A stretch of DNA of 64,000 nt from an uncultured delta proteobacterium (GCA_963817385.1 CAWFOM010000001.1:256001-320000), one strand, 5' to 3'; shown: positions 1 through 14,791, counted from the first letter of the stretch. The notes: generated by a model not told the origin, from the letters alone. A program made the numbers and translations.

Positions 1-242
1 TATTTTCATTTCATCATCATTATACTTCAGGTGCTTCTGAACAATTTTCCATGTATCTTCATCAATTTTCATTTTATCTCCTCCCTGGATTTATATATTT
101 GGTTTACGCCTAAACAGTCGGGACAAACCTTACGACAGGCAAAGCATCTGGCATCATTGAACTGTCAGCGGCACTTCCGTTCTAACAGGCTGTTCAAAAA
201 ATGCACAGATGCAAGCAACTGTGTGTCAAGCCAGAATTTAGT

Positions 243-1360
<1,118 letters not shown>

Positions 1361-1415
1361 ATGAGCATTGTTTAACATATAAGGCGCGCAATTATCGTGA
1401 ACAACGAAATTAAAA

Positions 1416-1504
1416 TAGTCTTTGCGAGAAGTCCGCTGGAGGCGGATGGCGGGGCAATCTATTCATGAAGACACCCCGGATTGATTTGCTTCACTCACAA
1501 TGAC
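1416..1504. repeat. Degenerate REP/REPIN-like palindromic element
   Basis: GTCTTTGCGAG...GCAATC...GATT..GCTTC..CTCACAATGAC outer inverted repeat. Confidence 0.4.
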
Positions 1505-1510
1505 GGTGCA

Positions 1511-1942
1511 TCACTTTTTGCGGTCTTCGACTTTCAGTTCCATAACGATGCGGCCCCACCCGCCGCATTTCACGCCCACATCGAAACAGCCCGTTCGCTT
1601 GAAACGCATCTCGTTCGGATCGACACCGGCCATGAGGAGTTCGCCCGCGGCGAAAATGAGTCCGGATGCGGCATTCAGGGCATAGATGCAGATCCGATCG
1701 GGAGACCGTTTGGTGAGAAGATTGCCCGCCCCGTCGAAGCAGAGTTTATCGCCTTTTTTATGCTGGCTGTTGCAGCCGTGGGAGTCCACAACTTCGAAGA
1801 CGATCGTTTTGTTCGCGAAGAGGGGTGCCTTCGAGAGGATATCAACATTTCTCGGGTTTTCCAGGAATACCTCCATTTCCTCATCGCTGTAATTGAAATG
1901 CTTCTGGATATAATGCCGGGTCGCGTCGTCGATTTTCATCAT
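1511..1942 (-). CDS. Conserved Cys-containing hypothetical protein (TIGR04076-like)
   Basis: GCNSQHKKGD..ICIYAL..GCFDVG pattern; AAGGAGG RBS before ATG at 1942. Confidence 0.6.
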   Translation of the reverse strand: MMKIDDATRHYIQKHFNYSDEEMEVFLENPRNVDILSKAPLFANKTIVFEVVDSHGCNSQHKKGDKLCFDGAGNLLTKRSPDRICIYALNAASGLIFAAGELLMAGVDPNEMRFKRTGCFDVGVKCGGWGRIVMELKVEDRKK

Positions 1943-1982
1943 TCGCCTCCTTTTCATTCGCCGATAATTACGTACCGAAAAA

Positions 1983-2046
1983 TGTCATGCCGGACTCGAT
2001 CCGGCATCCGGTTCTTTCTCGTCATTCCCGCGAAGGCGGGAATCCA
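1983..2046. repeat. Tandem REP-like palindromes
   Basis: GTCATGCCGGACTCGATCCGGCATCC and GTCATTCCCGCGAAGGCGGGAATCC in an intergenic position. Confidence 0.55.
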
Positions 2047-2052
2047 CTCATT

Positions 2053-2922
2053 TCATTGCCGCCCAAGAAGCTGAAATCTTCCTGAATCAATCAAACCTTT
2101 CATGGATTCCACGAAAGCCCCGGGGGCGGCGTAGTCCGGCTGGTTCCGAATCAGCATGGCTGCCCGCGCCATTTGGTCCAGTTCCTTCAAGAGATCCTCT
2201 GACTGGCTGTTCCGCCGGGAATGGCAGGGATGGGTGGCAAAAAGCAGGCTCTTCGGATCAATGTGCTTTTTCTTTATATGAAGAGCCGCCTGTGTCTCGC
2301 AGTGGCAGGGGTTCTTCGGATCGACGAGACCGCATCTCTTGACGAGGAAATCCATGAGCTGTTGTTTCCCGCGGGAAAGCCGCTGGCGGTAAGCCGCCGG
2401 TGTCAGGCCAAGGATTCCGGCGCCTTCCGTACTTTTGACGCCGAAGATCTCTCCCAGGATAACCGCCAGACGGGCCTCCCGCTTCAGACAGAGAAGCAGG
2501 TAATTAACACAGGCGAGTTTTATCTCTTCCACCATGAGGTTCTGCTCAGCCTCGATGAAGGCACCATTTGCATTGTCCAGCACCCCTTCCTCAATCGCAT
2601 GCACGCACTTATCGAAGGTCATCTGCCAGCGCTCAGCCCTGCATTTGCGCGTGGTCAGTAAATGGTTGGAGGCGATGCTATAGACCCAGGTTTCGAAGCG
2701 GCTTTCCCCTTTAAAGGTGCCGAGATGGGTGATGACCTTCACCAGGATCTCCTGGCTGGCGTCTTCCGCATCGGCGGGAATGAAGAGCATCCGGAGCGCC
2801 AGCCCGTAAATCTTGTCCTGGATCCTGCGGATGATCTCTTCGAGCACATCCTTGTTGCCCATTTTGGCCCGCTCGACCAGATCCTCTATTGTTGTTTCGA
2901 CGGCTTTTAATCTTGCTGGCAT
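2053..2922 (-). CDS. ECF-type sigma-70 factor with Cys-rich C-terminal extension
   Basis: Region 2 DAEDASQEIL/FETWVYSIASN, region 4 HTH, C-terminal RCGLVDPKNPCHC. Confidence 0.85.
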   Translation of the reverse strand: MPARLKAVETTIEDLVERAKMGNKDVLEEIIRRIQDKIYGLALRMLFIPADAEDASQEILVKVITHLGTFKGESRFETWVYSIASNHLLTTRKCRAERWQMTFDKCVHAIEEGVLDNANGAFIEAEQNLMVEEIKLACVNYLLLCLKREARLAVILGEIFGVKSTEGAGILGLTPAAYRQRLSRGKQQLMDFLVKRCGLVDPKNPCHCETQAALHIKKKHIDPKSLLFATHPCHSRRNSQSEDLLKELDQMARAAMLIRNQPDYAAPGAFVESMKGLIDSGRFQLLGRQ

Positions 2923-3065
2923 CTGCTCCACCTTTCTCTTGTTAGACAATTTTGGATACTGATGTGTGACAGAAAACATGAAAGCCGGGTTTTGTGCAAG
3001 TGTCGTCTCAGTACCGAGACGGAAGGGTTTCTTAGAGATTTGATGCTCGAATGCAATATCCGGCA

Positions 3066-4043
3066 TTACACCGGCTCTTCGAGCGGCAGCGGTACATCCT
3101 TCTCATCAATGAGCCGCGATTCAGGCGAGACGGCGCTCCATCGTCCGACTATACTCGGGAGCTTTTTCTCGTCCATGGACAAGTCAAACCAATGGTTTCC
3201 AAGTCGCGTGAATGCCCTTAATCGTACATCCGTGTCGTAATAGACCGGTCCTTTCAACCATACATCGAGTCGCTGACATGAACTTGCGGGTGCAGAAATT
3301 CGCGCCAGGCATTGACCGATCACCGATTGCGGATGATTGAGCGATGCCTTGAAACCCAGCAGTCGTGCGTACCAATTCTGCCAGTGGATGCCGTTATAAT
3401 CTCCGGTCAGGCCGGCGAATCGCCAGCCAACTCCACTTGGCATGCGCCAGCGGGACGTTTCCGGCCACTCACCCGACAACGGTTTTGCCAGCGGCGAGGC
3501 CGTCTGCACAGGACCGTAGTGTCCCCGGTAGTAGAATGTCGTAAGCCCCTCCCAGACATGTTCATCCAGAGATGAAAGAGTCGAATGCAGGTCCACCTCG
3601 ATACCCTTGGCGAGTATTCGCTGTCCGGCCACCCTGGTCTCGAGATTCAGCACCTCGTGTTCCGAGAACTGCCGGTGCAGGATCATATGGTTTCGTATCT
3701 GCAGCGTGCCCCAAATAGGAAGCGGAAAAGCCCGGTGCGTAAGCAGAGACATCTGGAGCGGGAACCCGAACACGTGCGGATAGAGCAGCGATACCGCCGG
3801 TGAATGGAGCAATGATATCCCGGTGCCTGCAGGCAGTCCGGTCATACTGATGAACGACTGGAGGTGGTGCGTGTCAACCCGCAGCTTTTGCCATCGCTCG
3901 ACGATCCGAGGAACTGCGCCGCCCTCCCGCAGCCCGGGCGACGGCAGAAAGGCTCTAGCCATGTAAGCGGCAACGGACGGGCGGCTCTCGAATTCTTCGA
4001 TAACGTCATTCTGTACAGCATTCCCGACAGCTTCCTTGTTCAT
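3066..4043 (-). CDS. MaoC-like double hot-dog acyl dehydratase
   Basis: FAGLTGDYNGIHW hydratase motif; LLYPHVFGF N-terminal hot-dog. Confidence 0.75.
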   Translation of the reverse strand: MNKEAVGNAVQNDVIEEFESRPSVAAYMARAFLPSPGLREGGAVPRIVERWQKLRVDTHHLQSFISMTGLPAGTGISLLHSPAVSLLYPHVFGFPLQMSLLTHRAFPLPIWGTLQIRNHMILHRQFSEHEVLNLETRVAGQRILAKGIEVDLHSTLSSLDEHVWEGLTTFYYRGHYGPVQTASPLAKPLSGEWPETSRWRMPSGVGWRFAGLTGDYNGIHWQNWYARLLGFKASLNHPQSVIGQCLARISAPASSCQRLDVWLKGPVYYDTDVRLRAFTRLGNHWFDLSMDEKKLPSIVGRWSAVSPESRLIDEKDVPLPLEEPV

Positions 4044-4097
4044 GTACCCATCCTTCCTGTCTTATAAAAAACCGAAAAACATGTAGAGTATATTTCA

Positions 4098-4930
4098 TCA
4101 TTCACCGGCCTTTGCTTCAAGGGCAAGCTTCAGCATTTCCTCCGCGATCTTGTTCACAGCGGGTCCTGAAGTGGCTGAGTTCGATAATACCACAGCCCCC
4201 AGCTTGTGTTCAGGAAGGATGATCAGCATCCCGTGATAATTGATGGTCGCGCCCGCATGGTGAGCGACCGTGCCGGCATTCTTAATATCAATGCTCCCGA
4301 GGCCGCTCAGTTGCCAGCCGAGTCCTACCCGATAATCCAGGTCCAGGGGCACATTTTCCGCTTGAGGACGAAGCATCTCCGCAAGTGTTTCAGGTTTGAT
4401 GACCAGCTTTCCTCCTGCCCTGCCTCCGGCAAAGACCATTTGCGACAGCGCTGCGACATCCGCAAGCAGGTTCGATTGCCGCTTGATCATTCCGGTATGA
4501 TTTCGCCGCCAGCGACGATCGATCTTGATCCGTTGCGAATGTGGAGTTCGTCATGTTCAGCGGTTGCAGCACGTTCTCCGACATATAGGCGCCGAATCCT
4601 TCCCGGAAACCTCCGCCACGGTAGCCCGAGGATGGTCATGCCGAGATTGGAGTAGGCGAAACCGTATTGGGCGGGTTCGCCGCGTACTCATCTTTATCTT
4701 TTCACCCCCGCGTCCCCCGTATAATGGCAGTGTAGGTGCCAAAGAGCACGATGTAGAGCATGAACATCGGCATTAAATTCACTGCAGATAGTTCGAATCG
4801 CTTGTCGAGTCGAAATCACCTGCTCAACAAGCTGCATCGCTGCCAGTGTCGTGAAGAGTTTTGATATGGATCCCACGCGGTAGATGGTATTCGGTGCAGC
4901 GGAGATTTTGTTCTCCTGCCGCGAAACCGA
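4098..4930 (-). pseudogene. Degraded serine hydrolase (class C beta-lactamase-like)
   Basis: Fragments in several frames: GSISKLFT (SxxK), ENVLQPLNMTNSTF, HAGATINY, LGAVVLSN; too many breaks and deletions for simple read error. Confidence 0.7.
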
Positions 4931-5173
4931 CAGCTCCCGCCAGAACAGCTGCTGGGCATAACGGGACCATCAGGATGTCCGTCGTTCGGGCTCGCAGCGG
5001 ATTCACCAATAAGCTCAGGTGATGTATTCTTTCGTGTAGGAGTAGTCCTTCAGCGCCAATGTTTCCGGCTTCTTTGGCATCGTCGAGCAACCGGCGAACA
5101 CGATAACGACGAAAGTAATGACACCTGCTCGTTTCCATTTCATTGCATCCATGTATCCGCTATCCTTTTTTCA

Positions 5174-5953
5174 TCAATCACGACGCTTTATTCCTTCCCA
5201 CAAAACCCGCGCCAACTGCGGGGCAATCGAAGCATAGTCGATCGCATTGGGGCTGCGAAGCCAGGCCAGCACCAAACCGTCCAGGACAGCGATCCAGATG
5301 ACGGCAAGCGCCCGGGTATCGATGCTTGGGTCAAGAAAGCCGTCTTTCTGCATCTTGGCGAGCAGCGCTGCCCCGGAATTCAGCAAGACTGATGACAATT
5401 CATGCAGCTTTTTCGTAATGTCCTTGTCCTGCCCTTGGAGAACATATGAGAGATAAATCTTCTGCCAGTCCGGATCGAACATGGCAAATGAGATCTGATT
5501 GGACAGCATTGTCGCAATTCCCGGAAGAGGATCGGCCGATTGGACGGCAGAATACGCATATTTAGGATATTCACTGAGACGATACGCCAGTCGTTTTTCC
5601 AGGATCGCAAGGAAGAGTTCTTTCTTGTTCTCAAAATGCCAATACACCGATCCTTTGGTAAGACCGGCTTCTGCAGCAATCCGGTCGATGGTAGCGGCCG
5701 CATACCCCAGCCGGGCAATCGTCTTATATGCAGCCGTAAGGATCCTATCCCGGCTCTTTTCGGTCGCGTCATCCGGAACAGGCCGCTTTTTGCCAATGAG
5801 TTTGTCGAATTTCTCCTTTCCACCAATGCGCCGATAAATGGTTTGTCTGCTGATTCCGGCGATGCGAGCAACTTCGCTCATGGACACCTTCCCGGATGAA
5901 TCGGCTTTTATGATCTGCTTAGCGGCATCTTTTATTTTTCTCTTTATATCCAA
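5174..5953 (-). CDS. TetR/AcrR-family regulator with two tandem N-terminal HTH domains
   Basis: SMSEVARIAGISRQTIYRR and TIDRIAAEAGLTKGSVYWHF; start uncertain. Confidence 0.85.
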   Translation of the reverse strand: MDIKRKIKDAAKQIIKADSSGKVSMSEVARIAGISRQTIYRRIGGKEKFDKLIGKKRPVPDDATEKSRDRILTAAYKTIARLGYAAATIDRIAAEAGLTKGSVYWHFENKKELFLAILEKRLAYRLSEYPKYAYSAVQSADPLPGIATMLSNQISFAMFDPDWQKIYLSYVLQGQDKDITKKLHELSSVLLNSGAALLAKMQKDGFLDPSIDTRALAVIWIAVLDGLVLAWLRSPNAIDYASIAPQLARVLWEGIKRRD

Positions 5954-5959
5954 TCTGGA

Positions 5960-6005
5960 CCTCAGTGTTACAAACATACCGTATGGTATGCTTGTAACAC
6001 TGAGG
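5960..6005. promoter_or_regulatory. Long palindromic operator upstream of the TetR gene
   Basis: CCTCAGTGTTACAA/TTGTAACACTGAGG 14-bp perfect arms plus inner CATACC/GGTATG; TTGACA adjacent on minus strand (6008-6013). Confidence 0.7.
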
Positions 6006-6122
6006 CCTGTCAAAGTCAATACAAAATCTTTTCACTGAGCTTATTTCATCGGCGTCTACTTCTCTGCCGCTGGCGCCAATGCAATTGCCCCGAGTCTGAT
6101 CCGCTGATTTCGCTACCGGGCA

Positions 6123-6500
6123 TTAGGCCAACGATATGGCGACACCCGGATTCACCTTCAGAATGTTATGTACTTTGCAGTTCTCCACAAACTTCAGTAA
6201 TTCTTCCGCTTGCTGATCGGTCAGCACAACATCCTTCAGGTTTATGAGAACGTCGATTTTATCCAACTGAGTCTTGTCAGGTTTAACTTTCGCTTCTGAA
6301 TTGATAGTAAACCCCCGGTGCGAAATATGATGTTCGAGCAAGTAATCTCTGACATAATGACCCAGGCAGCCGCACAGGCTGGCGAGCAGCGTATCAATCG
6401 GATTAGCGCCGTTGCCTTCGGTATCCAGCACGAACCCAGCATGCCGTGTGCTTGCGTAGTACCTTGAATCCCCTCTGTTTTCAATCGATGCCTTGTACAT
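6123..6500 (-). CDS. OsmC-family protein
   Basis: NPIDTLLASLCGC and CKVHNIL; AGGAGGAG RBS before ATG 6500. Confidence 0.85.
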   Translation of the reverse strand: MYKASIENRGDSRYYASTRHAGFVLDTEGNGANPIDTLLASLCGCLGHYVRDYLLEHHISHRGFTINSEAKVKPDKTQLDKIDVLINLKDVVLTDQQAEELLKFVENCKVHNILKVNPGVAISLA

Positions 6501-6816
6501 AACTCCTCCTGTCTGTGTGATTTTGAAAATGTCGTTTAACCTGACTTTCCGCATTAAGACAAATCTGCCCAACGGTAACGGCCACGATTCCACACCCTGT
6601 TTTGTATTACGACCGCGCCGTCCCGTGCGGTGCATTGGTAGCGAATATAGATCCATCCCTGATATCTGCCAAGACGTAGTGGCGCAGATTTGTCATGGTA
6701 ACAATTAAGGTCGAACACAGACTGTTACTGTCGATTTATTGTGTAAACTGTACTTGGCTCACCGGCCGGATTGAGGTAAAGTAGATTTGACCTTTATGAG
6801 TTTTCGGGAGGCAACT

Positions 6817-8256
6817 ATGCTGCTCTATGAAGAGATTTCCAGCAGAATCAACAAGATGATCAGCAAGGGGACTTACCGTCCCGGTGAGCGGATACCGTCC
6901 ATCCGGGTCCTGAGCCGACAGATGCGGGTCAGCGTCAACACCGTCATGGAGGCCTATTCCCGCTTAGAAAACCTGGGGATGATCGAAGCTCGCCCCCAGT
7001 CGGGATACTATGTTTGCACCCAGCTTGCGGAACCGGCCGGCCGTCCCGCTTCAGGGAAAAAGGCGGCGGATATTACCCCCATTCCGGTAACGCTGGGGGA
7101 TGTCGCTCTGGATGTCATTCGCAACATAGCCAATCCCTCGCTCATCCCCCTGGGGGGAGGGATACCCAATACCGACCTGTTGCCGGTCGACAAGCTGAAC
7201 CGCATGCTGGCAACCGAGTCGAGGCGTTTTCGTCTTCAAAGCATAGCCTATCCTCCTCATCAGGGGCACAAGCGGCTGCGCACGCAGATAGCTCGGCGTT
7301 CGCTCAACGCCGGCTGCTCACTGGCACCGGATGATATCGTCATCACTTCGGGGTGCATAGAGGCGATGAACCTGGCGCTCCAGGCTGTCTGCCGCCCCGG
7401 CGACACCGTGGCCATCGGCTCTCCGGTCTATCCCACTTTTCTCAAATCGATCCAGTGGATGGGGCTCAATGTGCTGGAGATCCCCTCCAACGGCGAAGGG
7501 ATGAACCTCGACGTTCTTGCTTACGCCATCAGGCACAACCCGGTCAGCGCCTGCATCACCATAGCCAACTTCAACAACCCCCTGGGAACTCTCATGCCCG
7601 AAGGCAGCAAGCGGGAACTGGTAAAGCTTCTGGCGAAACAGGATATCCCCCTGATCGAGGACGATGTATACGGCGATCTGGCCTACGGACCCAGCAGCCC
7701 TCCATCGACCAAGGCCTTCGACGAAAAGGGGCTCGTGCTCTACTGCTCCTCCTTCTCAAAAACACTTGCCCCCGGTTACCGGGTCGGCTGGATCGTACCC
7801 GGCAGATTCAAGGAAAAAGTGGCACAGCTGAAGGTCGTCTTCAATATAGCCACGGCCTCCCCGAACCAGCTCGCCATTGCCGAGTTCCTGACCAACGGCG
7901 GTTACGATCATCATCTGCGGACGCTTCGCCGGCTTTACTCCCGGCAGACACACCAACTGCGGAATGCAATCGGTCGCTATTTCCCGCCGGGAACAAGGGT
8001 TTCCCGTCCCGAAGGGGGTTATATCCTCTGGGTCGAACTGCCGGACGGGTACAATGCATTCCGGTTATATGAATTGGCCCTGCAGGAAGGGATCAGCATC
8101 GCACCGGGAAGGATCTTCACGCTGGGCGATAAATATGGAAACTGCCTCCGCCTCAACGCCGCCTTCTGGTCGGAGCGAACGGAACAGGCTCTGGAAACCC
8201 TGGGCGGGTTGGCGGAAAAGCTAACTTTAGAGAAGGCCGATTCACCTTCCCGGTGA
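6817..8256 (+). CDS. MocR/GntR-family PLP-dependent transcriptional regulator
   Basis: GntR wHTH (PGERIPSIR..VSVNTV) fused to aminotransferase domain (IEDDVY, SFSKTLAPGYRVGW). Confidence 0.93.
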   Translation: MLLYEEISSRINKMISKGTYRPGERIPSIRVLSRQMRVSVNTVMEAYSRLENLGMIEARPQSGYYVCTQLAEPAGRPASGKKAADITPIPVTLGDVALDVIRNIANPSLIPLGGGIPNTDLLPVDKLNRMLATESRRFRLQSIAYPPHQGHKRLRTQIARRSLNAGCSLAPDDIVITSGCIEAMNLALQAVCRPGDTVAIGSPVYPTFLKSIQWMGLNVLEIPSNGEGMNLDVLAYAIRHNPVSACITIANFNNPLGTLMPEGSKRELVKLLAKQDIPLIEDDVYGDLAYGPSSPPSTKAFDEKGLVLYCSSFSKTLAPGYRVGWIVPGRFKEKVAQLKVVFNIATASPNQLAIAEFLTNGGYDHHLRTLRRLYSRQTHQLRNAIGRYFPPGTRVSRPEGGYILWVELPDGYNAFRLYELALQEGISIAPGRIFTLGDKYGNCLRLNAAFWSERTEQALETLGGLAEKLTLEKADSPSR

Positions 8257-8343
8257 CCCATCTTTTTTCTAACTTTTTCCTTGACTCGTCTATCGCTTCA
8301 CACTTTAGATTTTTTCGTCACGGCCATGACACAAAAAAACGAA

Positions 8344-9271
8344 ATGAGAAAAGTCATACCGGCGATCATCTTCTTCCTTTTCATGTTCGTGCCCCTGGCA
8401 AGCGCCGGCAACGGAGCGCTCCGGCTGGAAAATGACCACTTTGTTATCCGCTATACCACGGGGGACGATGGGCTCGCTGCGGAGCTGATACGCGACTCTC
8501 CCCGGATCCGGGAGAGGGTCATCGCCGATATCGGGGTAGATTTCGCTGAAAAGACGGAGATCCGTCTCTCGCCGACCATCGAGGCTTTTCAGGAGGCCCA
8601 GCCGGGCGGGACGTGGATCCCCCTCTGGGCCATGGGGGTTGCCTATCCCGAGCAGAACGTCATCGTCCTGCTTTCGCCGCGGGCAGTCAAGGGAAGCCGG
8701 ATGAACGTGGTTGAGGTCTTCGCCCATGAGTTCAGCCACATCGCCCTGGGGCGCGCCCTCACGGGTGTGAAGGTGCCGGTCTGGCTGAACGAGGGGTTCG
8801 CAATCTACGAGGCGCGGGAGTGGACCTTTTCGCGAATCTCCGTCCTGACGAGAGCCTCTCTCACGAACCGGCTGATTCCCCTGCGCGGTCCTTACCCTGT
8901 CGTTTCCCGCGGAGGAAGAACCCGCCGAGCTTGCTTATGCGGAGAGTTTCATGTTCATCTCCTTCCTGATCAACAAGGTGGGCCGGGAGGCTTTCCACCT
9001 GCTGATCCGGGATTACACCCGTTATGGGGATCTGGCGGGGGCGCTCCGGCGGGGGACGGGAATGAACCTTGCTGATCTTGAAGAACGGTGGCTGGTCTAT
9101 CTGAAGCTCCGCGTTTCGTGGATCCCGATCATCACGAGTGTCTCGACGCTCTGGTTCGTTGCGGCGCTTATCTTCGCTTACGGGTATGCCAGGAAGAAAC
9201 GGCAGGTTAACCGGCGTCTGAAAGAGATGGAGGCGGAAGAGGAATCCGAAGAGTGGCATCCAAACGGCTGA
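8344..9271 (+). CDS. Exported peptidase MA-like zinc metallopeptidase with C-terminal membrane anchor; frameshift near 8886
   Basis: Signal peptide, HEFSH (HExxH), PVWLNEGFA; continues in ORF 8951..9271. Confidence 0.8.
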
Positions 9272-9479
9272 TTACGACAGATCTTGTCCTGATCTTTCTC
9301 GGAACGATCCTGCTTACCGAGTACTGACTCTCAATGCGTTGCCGCAGCGAGGATCCAGGTGGCAAGCGACCGCACATAAATTTAGCGTTACTTAAATTTA
9401 ATCAAGATCAACCTTGCTGATAGCAAATACCAAGATGATATCCAGCTTTCCGGCGCGGATTATTTAACCATGTTCACGT

Positions 9480-9508
9480 TTGACTTATCCCAGACTTATG
9501 TGTAAATT
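9480..9508 (+). promoter_or_regulatory. Sigma-70 promoter of the defence operon
   Basis: TTGACT-17 bp-TAAATT with TGTG immediately before the -10. Confidence 0.55.
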
Positions 9509-9636
9509 GCGCGAGTAATTCCCGATTGTTCAAACCGACCGACAGCCATCGACGGTTGGTTGATTTAGGTCATTAGGCGCTTGGCCGCACGTCTCCCCGG
9601 AAAAAGCCGGACCAGCGTTGCCATTCAGGGACCCGA

Positions 9637-13222
<3,586 letters not shown>

Positions 13223-13253
13223 ATGTCGCCCTAAAAAATATGCTAAGAAAGGC

Positions 13254-13286
13254 TTGACAACCGTATATGGAGTATCATAATGATAC
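13254..13286 (+). promoter_or_regulatory. Internal promoter and palindromic operator of mqsRA-secB
   Basis: TTGACA(13254)-16 bp-CATAAT(13276); GTATCAT-A-ATGATAC palindrome 13272-13286 overlaps the -10. Confidence 0.65.
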
Positions 13287-13621
13287 CAAAAGTGAAGGAA
13301 AAGCGTAAACCCCATTATGTGCTCAGCTTCTTGAAGGAGCTTTTTCGCAGCGAAAAAACGCGGCATATCACTGGTCTTGCTCATAAAGGGGCTGTAGCCA
13401 TGGGCTACATGGATGATGACGATATGTTTACCGTCATCGGCAAGCTCTGTTCAGAGCATTTTTATAAGTCTATGACTATGTATGAAAATCATAAAGTCTG
13501 GCAGGATGTTTACCGATACCAGGATGGTGAGAAGGCTTTATATATCAAGCTGCAATTGTCCGTTGATGGGCAAAAGGCCATCTTGATTCAGATGAAAAGA
13601 GACGAAGGGAGAGATGAATAG
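13280..13621 (+). CDS. mqsR: MqsR-family mRNA interferase toxin (start may be GTG 13292)
   Basis: KPHY..FYKSMTMYENHKVWQDVYR..LYIKL matches the MqsR signature FYKSMT..WQDVY. Confidence 0.93.
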   Translation: MIPKVKEKRKPHYVLSFLKELFRSEKTRHITGLAHKGAVAMGYMDDDDMFTVIGKLCSEHFYKSMTMYENHKVWQDVYRYQDGEKALYIKLQLSVDGQKAILIQMKRDEGRDE

Positions 13622-14156
13622 AATGGAAGCGCAGAAATGTCCTATCTGTGACGCCGGCAAGCTGAAAAAGAAAATTGGGACGGAAACCTTTGAATACAAA
13701 GGGCAGAGCTTAACGATTCCGAATTACGTTACCTATGTGTGTGCCGAATGCGGAGAGGCTATCGTTGACAATGCGACCCTGAAAGAGTCCGGAAAAAAGT
13801 TGAAAGATTTTCGGCGTGAGATTGATGGTCTGCTCACCGGGCCGCAGATCAAGGCCATCCGCGTAAAGTTAGGGCTGACGCAGGAACAGTTGGCCGATAT
13901 CGTCGGCGGTGGCTTGAAAAGTTTAGCACGGTATGAATCCGGGCAGGTATGCCAGAGCAAGGGAATGGATAACCTGCTCCGCATACTGGATGCGTATCCG
14001 CATACGCTGAAAGTCATTCAAAAAAGCGGTAAAAAGGCGGAATATTCTGCAAAGGTCATCTATTTCGGGGACGCAAAAGCAAGAAAGGATTATCAAACCG
14101 GCAACGGCGATGCAGGTTATTCTTCAGATTCAAAGGAGGCGGCATATGGATCATAA
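13614..14156 (+). CDS. mqsA: MqsA-family antitoxin (zinc finger + HTH) with C-terminal chaperone-addiction-like tail
   Basis: CPIC..CAECGE, LTQEQLADIVGGG..ARYESG, plus ~45 aa low-complexity Tyr-containing tail. Confidence 0.92.
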   Translation: MNRMEAQKCPICDAGKLKKKIGTETFEYKGQSLTIPNYVTYVCAECGEAIVDNATLKESGKKLKDFRREIDGLLTGPQIKAIRVKLGLTQEQLADIVGGGLKSLARYESGQVCQSKGMDNLLRILDAYPHTLKVIQKSGKKAEYSAKVIYFGDAKARKDYQTGNGDAGYSSDSKEAAYGS

Positions 14157-14592
14157 ATTCAGTATCGCCGGTATTCGTCTCAATGAAGCCCATTTTGCAA
14201 TAAATCAAGGCTACAAGAGAGAAAAGAACAAGCCGATTGAGATCATCCATTCTGTCGAAATTGGGTATAAGCAGACTGAAAAGACTTTACACGTGCTTGT
14301 CTCGATTTCGTCTGACGCCGAGAATCAGCCTTTCCGTTTTTCCGTTGCCTGGGAGGGCTCATTTGCTTTCGAAGAAATGCCCCCCAAAGAAAAATTGGAT
14401 CGTATCATCCATATCAATTGTGCGTCGATTATCTATCCGTACGTACGTGAGTCCATTGCCGACCTCACGAGGCGTGCCGGCAGGATGCCCCTGAACCTCG
14501 CGCCTTTCAATTTTGTTGCAATGTACGAAGAAGGTCAGAAAAAGGAATCTCCGAAAGTGCCTCGGAAGACCCGTAAAAAAAGCAAGGCATAA
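14146..14592 (+). CDS. SecB-like chaperone (TAC chaperone)
   Basis: INCASIIYPYVRESIADLTRRAG..PLNLAPFNF SecB signature; AAGGAGG RBS; overlaps the mqsA stop. Confidence 0.9.
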   Translation: MDHKFSIAGIRLNEAHFAINQGYKREKNKPIEIIHSVEIGYKQTEKTLHVLVSISSDAENQPFRFSVAWEGSFAFEEMPPKEKLDRIIHINCASIIYPYVRESIADLTRRAGRMPLNLAPFNFVAMYEEGQKKESPKVPRKTRKKSKA

Positions 14593-14594
14593 CT

Positions 14595-14670
14595 ATGGGC
14601 AGGAATAGAAAACTGACCGAAGTCGCCCTGCCGCTTGACGCCATCAACAAAGCCTCGGCGCGCAAATCTT
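14595..14670 (+). pseudogene. Orphan duplicate of the 5' end of the DUF1156 methyltransferase gene
   Basis: [21 protein letters not shown] versus [22 protein letters not shown] at 14792. Confidence 0.8.
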
Positions 14671-14774
14671 CTGATAATCTTCCGATGTTTTGCCGTAATC
14701 TTCCGATTTCGTCGCCTGCTAAAGTCCTTCGGAATCATCCGGCATTCATCCGGTGCGCCGGAATAATCATCCGA
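14665..14774 (+). repeat. Six imperfect ~10-bp direct repeats, consensus AATC(T/A)TCCG(A/G)
   Basis: Copies start at 14665, 14676, 14697, 14733, 14744, 14765. Confidence 0.65.
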
Positions 14775-14791
14775 AACGCCTTGGAGTTGAC

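Noticed and set aside
14146..14592. Housekeeping protein-export SecB
   Set aside because: It overlaps the mqsA stop inside an accessory locus, and the antitoxin has a tail, which fits a TAC chaperone
14665..14774. Possible mini-CRISPR array
   Set aside because: Repeats are only ~10 bp, with no spacer-sized unique intervals and no cas genes; no CRISPR array seen anywhere in the window
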